Source: Squalus acanthias (Eukaryota). From it: a DNA stretch of 64,000 nt. The stretch covers positions 12,710,001 to 12,774,000 of the forward strand of contig CM059446.1 of assembly GCA_030390025.1 (NCBI GenBank), given 5' to 3'. Under the pieces are notes generated by a model. That model had not been told where the DNA came from, searched no databases, and worked only from the letters and a program-made list of their open reading frames with translations. The stretch's first letter is position 1. Every line of letters starts with the position of its first letter. Below, in pieces: positions 38,741 through 51,392 of this stretch. Both the position numbers and the translations under genes were made by a program.

Positions 38741-40289
38741 TTGACCCTCTCCAGAGCACCCTACAGGAATGATGTTACATTAAGGGAGGAAGAAGATACT
38801 TCTGATGCTCTTGCTGTGAAGGAATTCATCTGCATGGTGTGTTGGAGAAATACCCAATATGAGGATGGTCTTGGCTGGAACTCACTGCTGCCTTAAGTAA
38901 TACCTCACATGTGGTAGAAGTTCAGGATTAAGCTTTTCTGTGAACAACCAGACATTCATCTAATCATTAGACTGGGTTTTGCAGGACGGCTGGAATTCTT
39001 TGAAGTCCAGTGCTCAACAATTTCTGATCTTCATTAACAGTAGCTTATATGTCCTGCTTGCGTTGCAACATGGAAAGTTTGAGATGCCAATTGTTGTGCT
39101 TGTACCCAGATGTGACTGATTCTGCACATGCAGCAAGTGTTTTGATGGGTAGCACTTTGTAGAATAGGCTTATATCATTACAGTCGGAGACTCCTTTGGT
39201 GATGGCCTTTCTTTTTGTATACGTCTGTAAAGACATCCATGATGCCAGTTAGATGATAGCCTCTCCCCGAGGACAGGCAACAGCCTTACACCACAACCTT
39301 TTTTGCATTTATCCCAACCTTCCTATGGATTCGACTCTCTTCCATTCAATGCCGTTTTGAGGTCCAATGTTTTTCTCCTGAAAGATGGGTCAACTAAGAG
39401 ACATGCCCTTTCCCTCTGTTGCGTGCACTACTGGAAGAGTGCCTCATCTAGCTTTGAATTTTTAAAAAATGTTCACAGCTTTCTCACAACCAGTGCATCC
39501 TTCAAGACAATTTTACTGTAACACTCCTCTATTTTGCCACCTTCCCAGTTCTAGTCTGGCATGGTGGCCACTCTGAAACCAAAATAAGCTATGCCACCTT
39601 CTGTCATTCGCCTTCTTATTCTGTCTAAAAGAGCATTACTTTTATTTCTCTATTGTTCTTGCCACCTGTGAGAGGAGTAGACAAGGGTGATGAAGGTGTG
39701 AAAACTGAAGATTGTGAGACTGACAACCTGTTGCCCTGGTTTTACAGTAGAAACCTGCTGAGTATTTGCAGCATCTTCTGCTTTCATTTCAGATTTCAGC
39801 ATTGACAGGCTCTTCTTTTTCTTTTTAATTGTATTGCTCGTTGTTTTTCACAGTTCAAGTGTCAATAGCATGAAAATTTCCTTTAACTTAAAAACAAAAG
39901 TAATATACAGTCAAATACATAGAGAATTACATTATTGAGTTGTTTTAAGTTGCATTCTTCTATTATAAGAAATGAGCAACTTTTGTGAGTGTTCAATAAA
40001 CATGGATTCATTAAGTGCTGTTTGCATTCATTGATCTCAATGTTTAAAAGTAGTTTAGGTCAATCAAAAATCCCTTGCAGTGGTTAAAGAACAATATATA
40101 CTTCAAGTGATCGCGAAGTAATTATGTGATCGCAATTATCATAAAATTAGGCACATAAGGTGGCAATCTTGGCGTGAAAGTTGTGGGTGTGGTTATTTTG
40201 CGTGACAATTATTACAGTTCTACCTAAACTCAGCCAAAACTAAATCAAACCGGATTGAGATTTTTTTCCTTATTTTTGTTGCACTTGCT

Positions 40290-40440
40290 ATTTTTGGGAT
40301 CTTGCTGTGCACAAATTGGTTGCTGTGTTTGCACACATAACAACACTGGTTTCTTTCCAAAAATAATTCATTGGGTATAAAGCGCTTGGGGATGTCCTGA
40401 AGACGTGAAAGGTGCTATATAAATGCCAGTCTTTATTTTT
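40290..40440 (+). mobile_element. Deu-domain SINE tail fragment
   Basis: gggatcttgctgtgcacaaattgg...ggtgctatataaatgc. Confidence 0.8.
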
Positions 40441-40884
40441 CTGTTTCTCTTTTCCTGTTTCTTGACTCAATGTCAAATAGGTTTATTTCTGGAAAGCTTT
40501 TTCATTGCACTTTGTGAAATTACGTAAATTGACAATCACTTTCAGAACAATGGCAGTGGTCATCAAAATTAGCATTACTGAGCAAAGAGTGCCCGAGCAA
40601 AAATATCTTGTGCTTAAATGATTAAAGTGAGAAAGTTATCAAAATTTGAAATTTTTTTACAGCAGTTTTCTTTTGAATTTTTAAAAATAAAATGTGAACA
40701 TCTGGCACGTGTCCTCAGACCCGTCACTGAACAAATGTTTTGTATTTTTTTGATCCATTGTTCGCTACAAATGTGGTCTATTTAGAAGTTATTTGTTTTT
40801 CTATATTGGTTCACAATAATAGAATTTTAAATCACTGTTAAAATTTTCAAAGCAGCACAAATTGTTTAGTGTTTGAATTTACAG

Positions 40885-41069
40885 AAACAAGATTCAGCCA
40901 CATTGGACATGGAAAGGGCCAGTAAGGAAATCGAGATGCTTCGGAAGCAGTGCGAGGCAATGTCCCAGGAACTGAAGGAAGGAATACAGGAGGCAGAAGT
41001 AGCTAAACGTAGGCGGGACTGGGCATTCCAAGAGCGAGATAAGATAGTTGCAGAAAGAGAAAGCATACG
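40885..41069 (+). CDS. DLG5: DLG5 coding exon, KQDSATLDMERASKEIE...RRDWAFQERDKIVAERESI(R)
   Basis: tacag|aaa ... cg|gtaagt; 185 nt, phase 0-2; RRDWAFQERDKIVAER is a DLG5 signature. Confidence 0.95.
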
Positions 41070-42181
41070 GTAAGTGCACCTGTGAGCCATTTCCATCAAC
41101 AAATTAATTCCCAGTTAAGCCTCTCTTACAATTCGCAATTTCCTTTATTCCAGTGAAGGCAGTAACATGTCCTGGGTACAGTTCCAGTGGTGCTAGCCAA
41201 AGTCACCATTTATTTGGCAATGAGTACTGGCAGGCATTTCAACATAGGAGGGTGTGACGGCTAAGTCCACTTCACACCTAGGGTTGCCACCAAGCCAGTC
41301 TTTGCACCAGCTCAGCCAGGTTGTTCAAACTGTTGGCTGTTTTAGCAAAAGGGTGCCTTTTAAAAAAAATAAAATAAATAAATAAATAAAACATTGCTGA
41401 AGTTTTCAACATGAAGTATTTAAAAAAGGCCATTCTTCTGCTAATTGAAACTGTCAGTTGCCAGCAATGTCAAAATCCTTACCCTTATCTAATATTCACA
41501 TACGTGTACTGGGGTTACTGGATAGTTTAATATTTACCTTGAAAGAAATTCATTGGGTGAAATAAATCTTGCTGCAAAATATTTTTGTTTAGCCCCAAGA
41601 GCACTGACTCTATGCACTAATATGATGACTAAACTGATTTGTAACTTTCTCTGCACCATGAAAGCATTTTTGCCTTTTGGTCATTATTTCACATTACATT
41701 GTAGCTGTTACTTTCTAATGTTTCTCTTGCGCTCTCTCTCTCCTTCACTCTTTCTTTTGTCACTCACTCCCCCCCCCACTCTCGCTCCCTCCCCACTCTC
41801 TCATATATCTTAGAAATTTGATATTGCTGATTGACGTGCACATCTTCAGGTGCAATGTCATGGTGCAGGTGCTTCACAACAATGTCCACAGCCCTGCTGG
41901 GCTTTAACTGCATCATTGTCACTTCTAAGTGTTACACTAATATGACCCCCATTATATAAAAGAGTTATGTTAAATTGAGTTACAGGCTGCAACATAGTCT
42001 TGGGCTTCAGATGGTAAAAATAATATAAAAACGATATCGTCATGATTTGTCATGTCATCTGGACCCTTAGTTTTCAATCCTGCTCCAGCCTGAGAGTTGT
42101 CTGTAATCTGTGTTATGGCAAAGTTTGTATTCTTTAGGTTTTGGTTCAGCTCATCCAGAATGTGTAACATTTTTTGTGTAG

Positions 42182-42307
42182 AACTTTGTGTGATAACTTA
42201 CGGCGGGAAAGGGACAGAGCTGTGAGTGACCTGGCTGAAGCTCTTCGGGATCTAGACGATATGATGAAACAAAAGAATGATGCTATACGTGAACTGAAGG
42301 AACTGAA
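42182..42307 (+). CDS. DLG5: DLG5 coding exon, TLCDNLRRERDRAVSDLAEALRDLDDMMKQKNDAIRELKEL(K)
   Basis: tgtag|a ... aa|gtaagt; 126 nt, phase 2-2; translated by hand, not in the ORF track. Confidence 0.94.
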
Positions 42308-42484
42308 GTAAGTAGTGATGTCTTCACCTTTAAGTCTGGTATGGTTGATGCCAATCTATTCTATTGATGCAGAGTAGGGGAGCACATTCCTCAAGTTTCA
42401 TTTTTTGAATAAAGGAAGGGAAAAGGTGGGGGAACAAGTGCTTTGAACCTCACCTAACACATTGTTAGGTTTTTAAATAACTTT

Positions 42485-43742
42485 TTAAAACAAGTGTGGA
42501 TTAATTAAGGAAAGCTCGCACGGATTTGTTAAAGGCAAATCGTGTTTAACTAACTTGATTGAGTTTTTTGATGAGGTAACAGAGAGGATTGATGAGGGCA
42601 TTGCGGTTGATGTGGTGTCCATGGACTTCCAAAAGGCCGATGATAAAATGCCACATAATAGGCTTTCCAGCAAAGTTGAAGCCCATGGAATAAAAGAGAC
42701 AGTGGCAGCATGGATACGAAATTGGCTAAGTGATAGGAAACAGTGAGTAGTGGTGAACGGTTGTTTTTCGGACTGGAGGAAGGTACACAGTGGTGTTCAC
42801 CAGGGATCGGTACTAGGACCACTGCTTTTCTTGCTATATTTCAATGACTTGGGTGTACAGGGCACAATTTCAAAATTTGCAGATGACACAAAACTTGGAA
42901 GTATAGTGAACAGTGAGGAGGATACTGATAGACTTCAAGAAGACATAGACAGGCTGGTGGAATGGGCGGACACGTGGCAGATGAAATTTAACGCAGAAAA
43001 GTGCGAAGTGATATAAGCAGACACGATTTCATGAAAATTGCGTGGAGGCGGGCTTGTGCCCGCCTGCCAGTTTTCGCAATTTTAACCCCCCACACGCCTC
43101 CAAACCCACCCTCCACGGGTCAATGAAAATCCAGCCCATAGAGTACAAAAGCAAGGAAGTTATGATGAACCTTTATAAAACACTGGTCCGGCCTCAACTG
43201 TATTGTGTCCAATTCTGGGCACTGCACTTTAGGAAGGATGTGAAGGCCTTAGAGAGGGTGCAGAAAAGATTTACGAGAATGGATCCAGGGATGAGGGACT
43301 TCAGTTACGTGGATAGACTGCAGAAGCTGGGGTTGTTCTCCTTAGAGCAGAGAAGGTTGAGAGGAGATTTGATAGAGGTGTTCAAAATCATGAGGGGTCT
43401 GGACAGAGTAGATAGAGAGAAACTGTTCCTATTGGCAGAAGGGTCAAGAACCAGAGGACACAGATTTAAGGTGATTGGCAGAAGAACCAAAGGCGACATG
43501 AGGAAAAACTTTTTTACGCAGCAAGTGGTTAGAATCTGGACTGCACTGCCTGAAAGGGTGGTGGAGGCAGATTCAATCACAGCTTTCAAAAGGGAATTGG
43601 ATAAGTACCTGGTAGGGAAAAAATTTGCAGGGCTACGGTGAAAGGGCGGGGGAGTGGGACTAGCTGAAGTGCTCTTGCAGAGAGCGGGCACGGGCTCGAC
43701 AACCGAATGGCCTCCTTCTGTGCTGTAACCATTCTATGATTA
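42485..43742 (+). mobile_element. CR1 RT and 3' fragment interrupted by a MITE end
   Basis: [27 protein letters not shown], then resumes at IEYKSKEV...; attctatg tail. Confidence 0.93.
43017..43137 (+). mobile_element. One-ended fragment of the GGGCTGGATTTT MITE
   Basis: gcagacacgatttcatgaaaattgcgtggaggcggg...aaaatccagccc is a close reverse complement of about 53473-53604. Confidence 0.88.
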
Positions 43743-45235
43743 TGCCTAAAACTAGAAAAGGAATCAGCTGTAAAGTGTCCCAAACCAAGTCTCAGCAATT
43801 TTTCAGTTGCTTTAGAATTCTATGATCAGCACCCTAAGACTGGGAAGTTTGGAGATCTGTGCTTCTACAATTTAAAATAAAACACTTGCTGATGGACCCA
43901 TTACATAAGTCAGCATAACAGCTCTCTAGCTGTTAGACTTGACATGATAGCTCTCAAGCTGGCTGCAAGTGATTGTTTTTTGTTAACCCTTAAAAGAATC
44001 AATGTGTAGTTTTAGCTTTAATTAAATTATGGAAACGTGCTAATGCATTGGAAGTACTCTCCAGCCTCCAAAAAGGTGAATATTCCCTTTTTAAATTATT
44101 GATTTAAAGAATAGATACAAGATATATTCAGGAAAAAGTAACACGCTAAAACCTCTGCTGCATAATTGCAAAAATGTTCAAATTCTGCATGCTGTGTTTT
44201 TGGCAATATCAACATTTTCTATGAACCAATCATTGTGTACAAATATAAATCATTTTATGGTAAAGTATAATTCAACTTTAAAAGTGTTGCCGATTATACT
44301 GTTCTATCAGTGCGCAACTATTAGGATTAAGTAGGGATTTATTTGAAATAAAGCTTTTTAACTTAGTCCACAGACTAAAGTAGCAGCTACATCCTGCTGG
44401 ATATAGAAGATCAGTATTTTAAGCCTTTACAATGTTTCTGTGTAATTCTGTGTAACCCAAAGTAGGATTAAGACTTCAGTTATGCTCGTTATTGTTATTT
44501 ATTTGGCATTTTATAATATTGCTGGTTTAGTGTTCAATATAAATTTCTTGATGGTGACCTTAAAATAAATTGACTTTAAATTAAAGGACCTATTGTATTT
44601 ACAAGCCTGCAGACATTTCTGTAAAATGCACAGGCATAATTGATATCCACAGGCTTTTTGTTTCACATCCTCCCTGTCTACACATCTTGTCATTTTCTTT
44701 ATAAGAAGAGTGCACCCTGAAATAGATAATTCAGCCTCTGCTGTGGCAACCCAACAGACTTTGATGAGTCTGCATCAGTCAATGCTTGTGCAGGCGGACT
44801 TCCACACCTGTCCCTCTCCAACTCACTTCCAGGATAAATGTGTTGGTTTACAAACGAGCAGAAATGTGCTTCTGTAGCTTGGTTGCTTAATGCAGTTGCA
44901 AGAAGTGGGAGGGCTGGCAAAGTCGAAAGTTGCTTTTGAAAACGATGGGTCTTAAACAATCTAATAAAATTTGAAAAATAGCCATAAAATGTCCTCAATT
45001 CCGAGTGGAAAGATCCAAATTTGAATTAGACTGAAGAAATTAAATAAATACTTCAGGCAATATTTAAAATTTAGCAATGGTTCAGACAGACCCATCGAAT
45101 GCTATCGTTTACCTTGCATGCTAAAAAAAAATGTGACACAAACAACTCTATTCTCATTAAGCAAGTAAGTTGTTAATTTCTTCGTAATTTCAGTATTTCA
45201 GCTTATTCACAGTTAACACTTTGATAGTTCACTTT

Positions 45236-45548
45236 AGAACATAACAAATAGGAGCAGGAGTAAGCCATATGGCACCTTGAGCCTGCTCCGCCATTCAATA
45301 AGAACATGGCTGATCTTCGAGCTCAACTCCACCTTCCTGCTCGATCCCCGTATGCCTTGATTCCCCTGGAGTCCAAAAATCTATCTATTCAGCCTTGAAG
45401 ATACTCAATGACTGGACATCCACAGCCCTCTGGGGTAGAGAATTCTAAAGATTCAAAACCCTCTGAGTGAAGAAATTCCTCCTCATCTCAGTCTTAAATA
45501 GCCGACCCGTTATCCTGAGACTATGCCCCTTTATCTAGACTCTCCAGA
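45236..45548 (-). mobile_element. CR1 LINE 3' fragment
   Basis: Same 3'UTR and ORF end as the copies at 24723 and 26553. Confidence 0.9.
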
Positions 45549-46169
45549 TTTGACACCTTACTTTCTTGCTAAGGGCTCAATCACTTTCATGTTTTAGTTT
45601 AGAGATCTGACTATCCTGTTGGATCATTTTCTGCGATTATTCTGCATTAATTGATGGAATATTGGGTCGACGTGTAAGAGAAAGGCACCTGCTGATTTCT
45701 GCTGCTGTTGAGTGGCTTTGAGCACATGTATTCAAATACTTGTTTAGAGTTCTGCTCATTGACATCTGATGGGCTGGTGAAATTTCCAGCAATTGAAAGG
45801 CGGCTAAATTTCAATCATTAGATATGAAAAGGCAGTGCAAGTGATTACTGGAGTTGTGTTTTTTAATTTTAAAGTTTTAAAGAAATACTGATCACCTGCT
45901 GCATTATGCTGCAGGTCGTGTGTTGGAGTTTAATGATCCTTTGCATCAGTCCAACCCAAAACCTCAGTACCTAAGGGACTTTATTTTAGATTTGAATGGT
46001 GATTTACATGGACTAAAAAATTCTGAATTCAGTACTGAATTCTCACTTCGCTGTTAGCTCCAGGATCAGCATGCAGGACAGAGAGATACCAACCCATGTT
46101 ACTGTGAACCTCATTGTTTGGCGATGGATGAGCCCGTTAAGTGACTGTTTTCCATCTTTTGACATTTAG

Positions 46170-46332
46170 CGGGTAATTTTAACCTAACCCACATGGCGGA
46201 TTCGGGTCGGACGCCCATTTTGCACTCCGCCTATTGACTTCAGCAGGCAGCGATATTGGAAGGGGTGTAAAGCAGGCTTCTGAGCCAGTCCACCCCTGTT
46301 CCCACCGGGCACGTTAGCTTAAAGTTATTCCC
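46170..46332. mobile_element. Palindromic MITE of about 160 bp
   Basis: gggtaattttaacctaac / gttagcttaaagttattccc ends. Confidence 0.55.
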
Positions 46333-46748
46333 TTAGTATTTTGTTTCTCCAGCAGGCTGCTAATAAGGAAAAATCACTTGCTTTATTTTGAGGGGAGCAC
46401 TTGATATTACAGGGCCCGTCCCTTCTCCCAATGTAATTTCCACATTTCCAGGTTAACTTTTTGTCGTACTGTTATGCCAAGTTCCCCAAATGAGATCAAT
46501 TTCATTTGACATCCGAAATTGTAGTTATTTTACATACTTTATATATTTCAAATGAAGAAACCTGCAAATCATACAGACACACAAAACCTGCAACAAAAAC
46601 CAATTAAATATTTTAAACAACTCTGGGAGCCAGGGTGACCAAGTATTTGGACAATGAGGGAAGCTGAATTGCTGCTTCTAATTCCTGCTTAATATTTTAA
46701 AATCTGTTATTAAGTTGCATTCTCTAATTTTTCTTTTCCTTGGTAAAG

Positions 46749-46881
46749 GGAGAAGATGGAAAACCAGTTAGAGAAGGAGGCCCGGATTCGGCAGCTTATG
46801 GCTCACAATTCCCATGATTCAGCTATTGACACCGATTCCCTTGAATGGGAGACTGAAGTAGTTGAATTTGCAAAGGACAGG
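46749..46881 (+). CDS. DLG5: DLG5 coding exon, EKMENQLEKEARIRQLMAHNSHDSAIDTDSLEWETEVVEFAKDR
   Basis: taaag|g ... agg|gtatgt; 133 nt, phase 2-0; HDSAIDTDS.EWETEVVEF motif. Confidence 0.95.
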
Positions 46882-48249
46882 GTATGTTTGTAAACTTCGA
46901 CAGTGGTGATTTTTTTGTGGCTAGCAACGGGAGCAATCAGTGTGAAGAATGGAATAATAGCACTATATACAGAGTAAAACTCTCTCCACACTGCCTCAGC
47001 AACAGACCTGAAGGATGTGCCCTTATTTTTGTATCAGTGTAATTTTTTTGTTTCTACATTAGCTTTCAATGTAGCTTCTGACTGATATTATTAATTTGTG
47101 CTAAATTGTGATGAATTATGTTCTGTGGGCCTGCACAGTGTTTAGGTGCGGAGTTCAGATTGTCCTGTCTCATTTCAACAACTGGAGGGCAGTACTCTCA
47201 TCCCTTCATTTTGGGTTGGATATGAATGTGGTTCTAAGAAATGAAAGTATATTACATGCTCTCCTTGTCACCTCGTCCTCTTAAATAGGAAATATTTGTC
47301 ATTAAATTCTTCTGTTTCTATTTAAAGCAGTGACTTGCTTGAGACTTCAAATAAAATCTAATTGATGGCAATTTTTACCGTTCAGTGTTTTAACTTATCT
47401 TTTTTGCTGGCGAGCAGGATGGAATCGTGTGCAATCATGATCAGTTAGCAGAATTGATTTTGTTATTTCTGTATTTTGAATATCTTTACTACAGAGTAAC
47501 TACAGAGTTTAACTGCATATTTACACTTCCTCATCTCCCTCACCATTCACATTTCCCCATGCACCTCCTACCGACTACCCTCGATCCCACCCCTGGAGGA
47601 AAAAAAAACTCTGCTTCTCCACAACTCTGATCACCAACACACTATCTCTCAACACTCTCTCTTCTGCTCCTCCAACTGCCTCCGTTAACACATTCAACAG
47701 ATCCCTTACTTCTGCCTTTGATGTCTTAGCACCCCCCCAACAAGTCACTCACCATCTCCCACCCCTGCTGTTCTTAGCCAACATCCCGTGCAGTGTTACT
47801 ACAGTGCAGAGTCACCTACAACACACTTAGCCAACAAGTGCAAGACCATTGCCAGGAGCCCTGGGGCTTTGCTTTCATTGCAGTACAACAAAGCCAAGTC
47901 CATTGAACTGCTTAGGAAGTTTTTAAAACTTCCTTATTGTTAGCAGAGCATCACTTCTCCTGTCTGTTCTCTGGTCACATTTAAAATGTCACCAGCATTT
48001 GGGCGTCCATGAACAGAGCTCTGTGCATGGCTGCAGACAAGCTCTACCGCCCCACGGCATGGGAGCTGGCAGTGTCACTTGGGTCTGCCATCACTCTCTG
48101 CAGGTATGCGCACTATACAACACATTTGCGAAGGAAGTATTCTGTCTGCCTTAATTAATCTTTTTGTATTGAGGAATCTGTCATTGCTTATCTTACAATT
48201 GTAAACACAAGAATCTGTAGAATAAACTGCAGTTTTTTTTCTGATGTAG

Positions 48250-48377
48250 GATGACATGGATTTGAAGGCATTAGGCTTTGATGTAGCAGGAGGGGCTGAT
48301 GAACCTTATCTACCTGGAGACTCCGGGATATTTGTTATTAAGGTAGATAAAGGAAGTATTGCAGATGGAAGGTTAAG
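48250..48377 (+). CDS. DLG5: DLG5 coding exon, PDZ1 first part, DDMDLKALGFDVAGGADEPYLPGDSGIFVIKVDKGSIADGRL(R)
   Basis: tgtag|gat ... ag|gtatga; 128 nt, phase 0-2; LGF carboxylate-binding loop. Confidence 0.95.
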
Positions 48378-48524
48378 GTATGACCAGCTAATTTCTCATT
48401 TTCTGCTAATATAAAATCTCATTTTTAAGAGAAAATTACATTTTTCTAAAAGAAAAGTTCTTTCAAATGGTGCAAAAATTGTCTTCATGACTTTGTTTGC
48501 TGCATATTTTTATTTCTATTTTAG

Positions 48525-48700
48525 GGTGAATGATTGCTTGCTCAGGATAAATGATGTAGATCTTACCAACAAGGACAGAAAGCATGTAATTAAAGCTGTA
48601 CTGAATGGCGGAGGGGTCATTAATATGGTAGTTCGAAGGAGAAAATCCTTGGGAGGTAGAGCTATTACTCCAGTTCATATCAACCTTGTGGGTCACAAAG
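48525..48700 (+). CDS. DLG5: DLG5 coding exon, PDZ1 second part, VNDCLLRINDVDLTNKD...PVHINLVGHK
   Basis: tttag|g ... aaag|gtaatt; 176 nt, phase 2-1; follows a 147-bp intron. Confidence 0.95.
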
Positions 48701-49856
48701 GTAATTTAACTTTGATGCCTGTGTCCAAAGCAGTTTCTATCTCAAAAAACTCTAATTCACCTCAGATACTAATTAACTGCTGATTCAGATGACTGAGCAT
48801 GATGTGTCTTTTAAAAGTGTATTTGGAATAAATACAAATCAAATTTATGACCACTGCCACAGTTGCTTTACTTGAACTTAATGTGTTTTGCTCATCTGAA
48901 TAATGTATCCCCACTGCTGTGCTATGCTCAGTGGGTTAGACATGTTATTTTCATTGGTAGTGTAGCAACACATTTGTGTCCTTGACCTTGGGGCATGTTG
49001 AATAGGCAGGATTTAGTAATGAGGAAAACCGAGAAACGGTATGTTTATTTACAGCTGCGCTTCTGCTGGAAGAGAAATGAACATGGTTAATCTAGGGAGG
49101 GTAGCTTTTGCATTGAGGATGCATCTCACAAGTGGGACCTAAGATTTTCAATCCACTGGATAGTTGTGCATGGGCATATTTAACCTGCATGTCTCAGTAT
49201 ATGGGTCCCATCCTTTGAAGGAATCAGCTGTACTGAAAATGAATTCTGTTCCCATATAGAAAAGTGACTCATTTTTAAACATATAGTAACAACCAGTTCT
49301 TGTGTTGTATACAATTCATGTTCAAAGTACATTCTTCCAACAAACAAAACTTTGTAAATGAAACTGCTTTGACACTGATATGAAACAGAAGTGTCAAAAT
49401 TATCGACTGTGCTCTTTTTCCACACTATGAGCCCTGACAATCTGGTCCTTGAACCTTTGGTAACTGTTCTATTTGCATTTCGATTTTTTACTTGCTGCTT
49501 TGTCCTGTTTGAAGTTCATGTGCCTGGAAAGTTGGGAAGGGCTGTTTTTAGTGTTGTTGTCTCATTGGTGGATAAATCCTATATCAGTGCACCTAGATCT
49601 TTAGATCTACAGCTTGAGATCTTTGAAAATTAATGGGAACATTGAGTTACATTTTATGAGGCCTGTGGTATCTGCCTAATGGCCTATGAAGACAAAGAAA
49701 GCTTGGAGACCTCTGGTACATGGGAGAAATTAGCCTCTTGTTAAGTGGAACTAAACTGTATTTGTTAGTATTTAATGTGCAAAGGTTTATTTTGATGTTT
49801 AAATGTAGGGTGAGTAGCTAATACTGTGCTAATTGTGCATTTCTCTCTTTTTGCAG

Positions 49857-49960
49857 ACATTGGAATCAGCTTGGAGACTGGAGTATATGTAGCTACTGTT
49901 GCTCCAGGGAGCCCTGCTGCCAGAGAAGGATCCTTAACTGTGGGAGACAGACTCATTACA
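49857..49960 (+). CDS. DLG5: DLG5 coding exon, PDZ2, (D)IGISLETGVYVATVAPGSPAAREGSLTVGDRLIT
   Basis: ttgcag|ac ... aca|gttagt; 104 nt, phase 1-0. Confidence 0.94.
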
Positions 49961-50692
49961 GTTAGTAGTCTCAATTTACGGCTGTGCCTAAAGTATTTGC
50001 AGTTTTTCCCTCTGGCAAAACAGCGTGTTGGAGCTGCAACATGCTGTTCCAATGGGAGTAGTAGGACGCAGATTCAGTTCCCTCATGTCACTGAGTTTCC
50101 AATCTCAGGTATGATGCTGTAGGCGGGAGCAAGTGAAGGTCAGATATCCTCTAAATTAGGGTAAGGCATATAGGAAATGTAGGCTAATGCACACAGCAAC
50201 AGGTAATCATAAACATGTGCATAACATGAAAGGTCTGCATTGGAAGAAGCTGAAAAGGATTTGAGTGATCATTGCTCAGACTCTGAAGGCATCTGGTCAC
50301 CGTGGGGCAATTATTAATAAGGCAAATGTTATATTGACAATTTACAGATCAGTGGCAGGGCCACACAGTAGTGAGGCCAGTGTTGGAGTAGTTTCCAAGG
50401 ATATAGATGTTTTAGAAAGGGCAGTCGAAAAAGTGACCAGGATATAATTCTATGCCTTAGAGGATTGAACTATGAAGAAAGACTCAAGCAACTAACCATA
50501 TTTTCACTGCAGAAAAGGCTAAGGGGAAACATAATACAGGTATGGATGAGGTGGAAGTAAGCAAGTTAATTATCATAGACAACATGATGCATAAACTTAA
50601 TTCTCATTATTTATAAGATTTTGGAAACTGCAGAAAGACTGTCGCAGTTGATACTCTATGTTTGGTTATTAATTAATTTTTCTCTTTCGCAG

Positions 50693-50785
50693 ATAAATGG
50701 TATTGCACTAGAAAACAAGTCGCTGACAGAATGTGAAGCTTTGTTGCGAAATTGCAGGGATTCTGTCAGTCTTTCACTGATGAAG
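50693..50785 (+). CDS. DLG5: DLG5 coding exon, PDZ2 end, INGIALENKSLTECEALLRNCRDSVSLSLMK
   Basis: tcgcag|ata ... aag|gtatgg; 93 nt, phase 0-0. Confidence 0.94.
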
Positions 50786-51299
50786 GTATGGTTCACATGA
50801 AATGTTTTCATTACGTGATGAATATGTCAAGCTGGTCCAAAATGTACTTTCTGAAGTACTTGCTATCTTTAAAAGTTCTATCTTTAAATTACCTTGCATT
50901 CTTGTGTTAGTGTATTCTGTTCAGTTACATTTGTATAGCATGTCTCTGCAGAACAAATATCAAACCAGTTCGGATATATCTAAAAGAACTATGCATTAAT
51001 TTTGTAAATCTCAAATAGTGTAAGAATGTCACAGAAATGACACCTTGTAAAGCATAAGATGATTCCCTCAATTTTTTTTCCTTTGGTACACCTGAAGGCT
51101 TGCTAATAAGCTGACCATCTGTATCACTGAATCCAAACTACATAATTAAAAGTCTTGCAGCTAGCTCGCATCTGTAATCCCTTGAAGAGCCTCCCTTACC
51201 CAATGGGTAAAGATGCAGCAGACCTCGGCCTGGTCCTCAGGTGGTAGTCGCAGGTGGACAGTGTACTACAGGGCAGTTACCGTTGACAGCGATAACAGA

Positions 51300-51392
51300 T
51301 ATAAAGGAAGAAAGACTTGCATTTATATAGCGCCTTTCACGACCACCGGACAGCTCCAAGCGCTTTACAGCCAATGAATTACTTTTTGGAGT
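51300..51392 (-). mobile_element. Deu-domain SINE tail fragment
   Basis: aagacttgcatttatatagcgcctttcacgacc...agcgctttacagccaatgaa. Confidence 0.8.
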
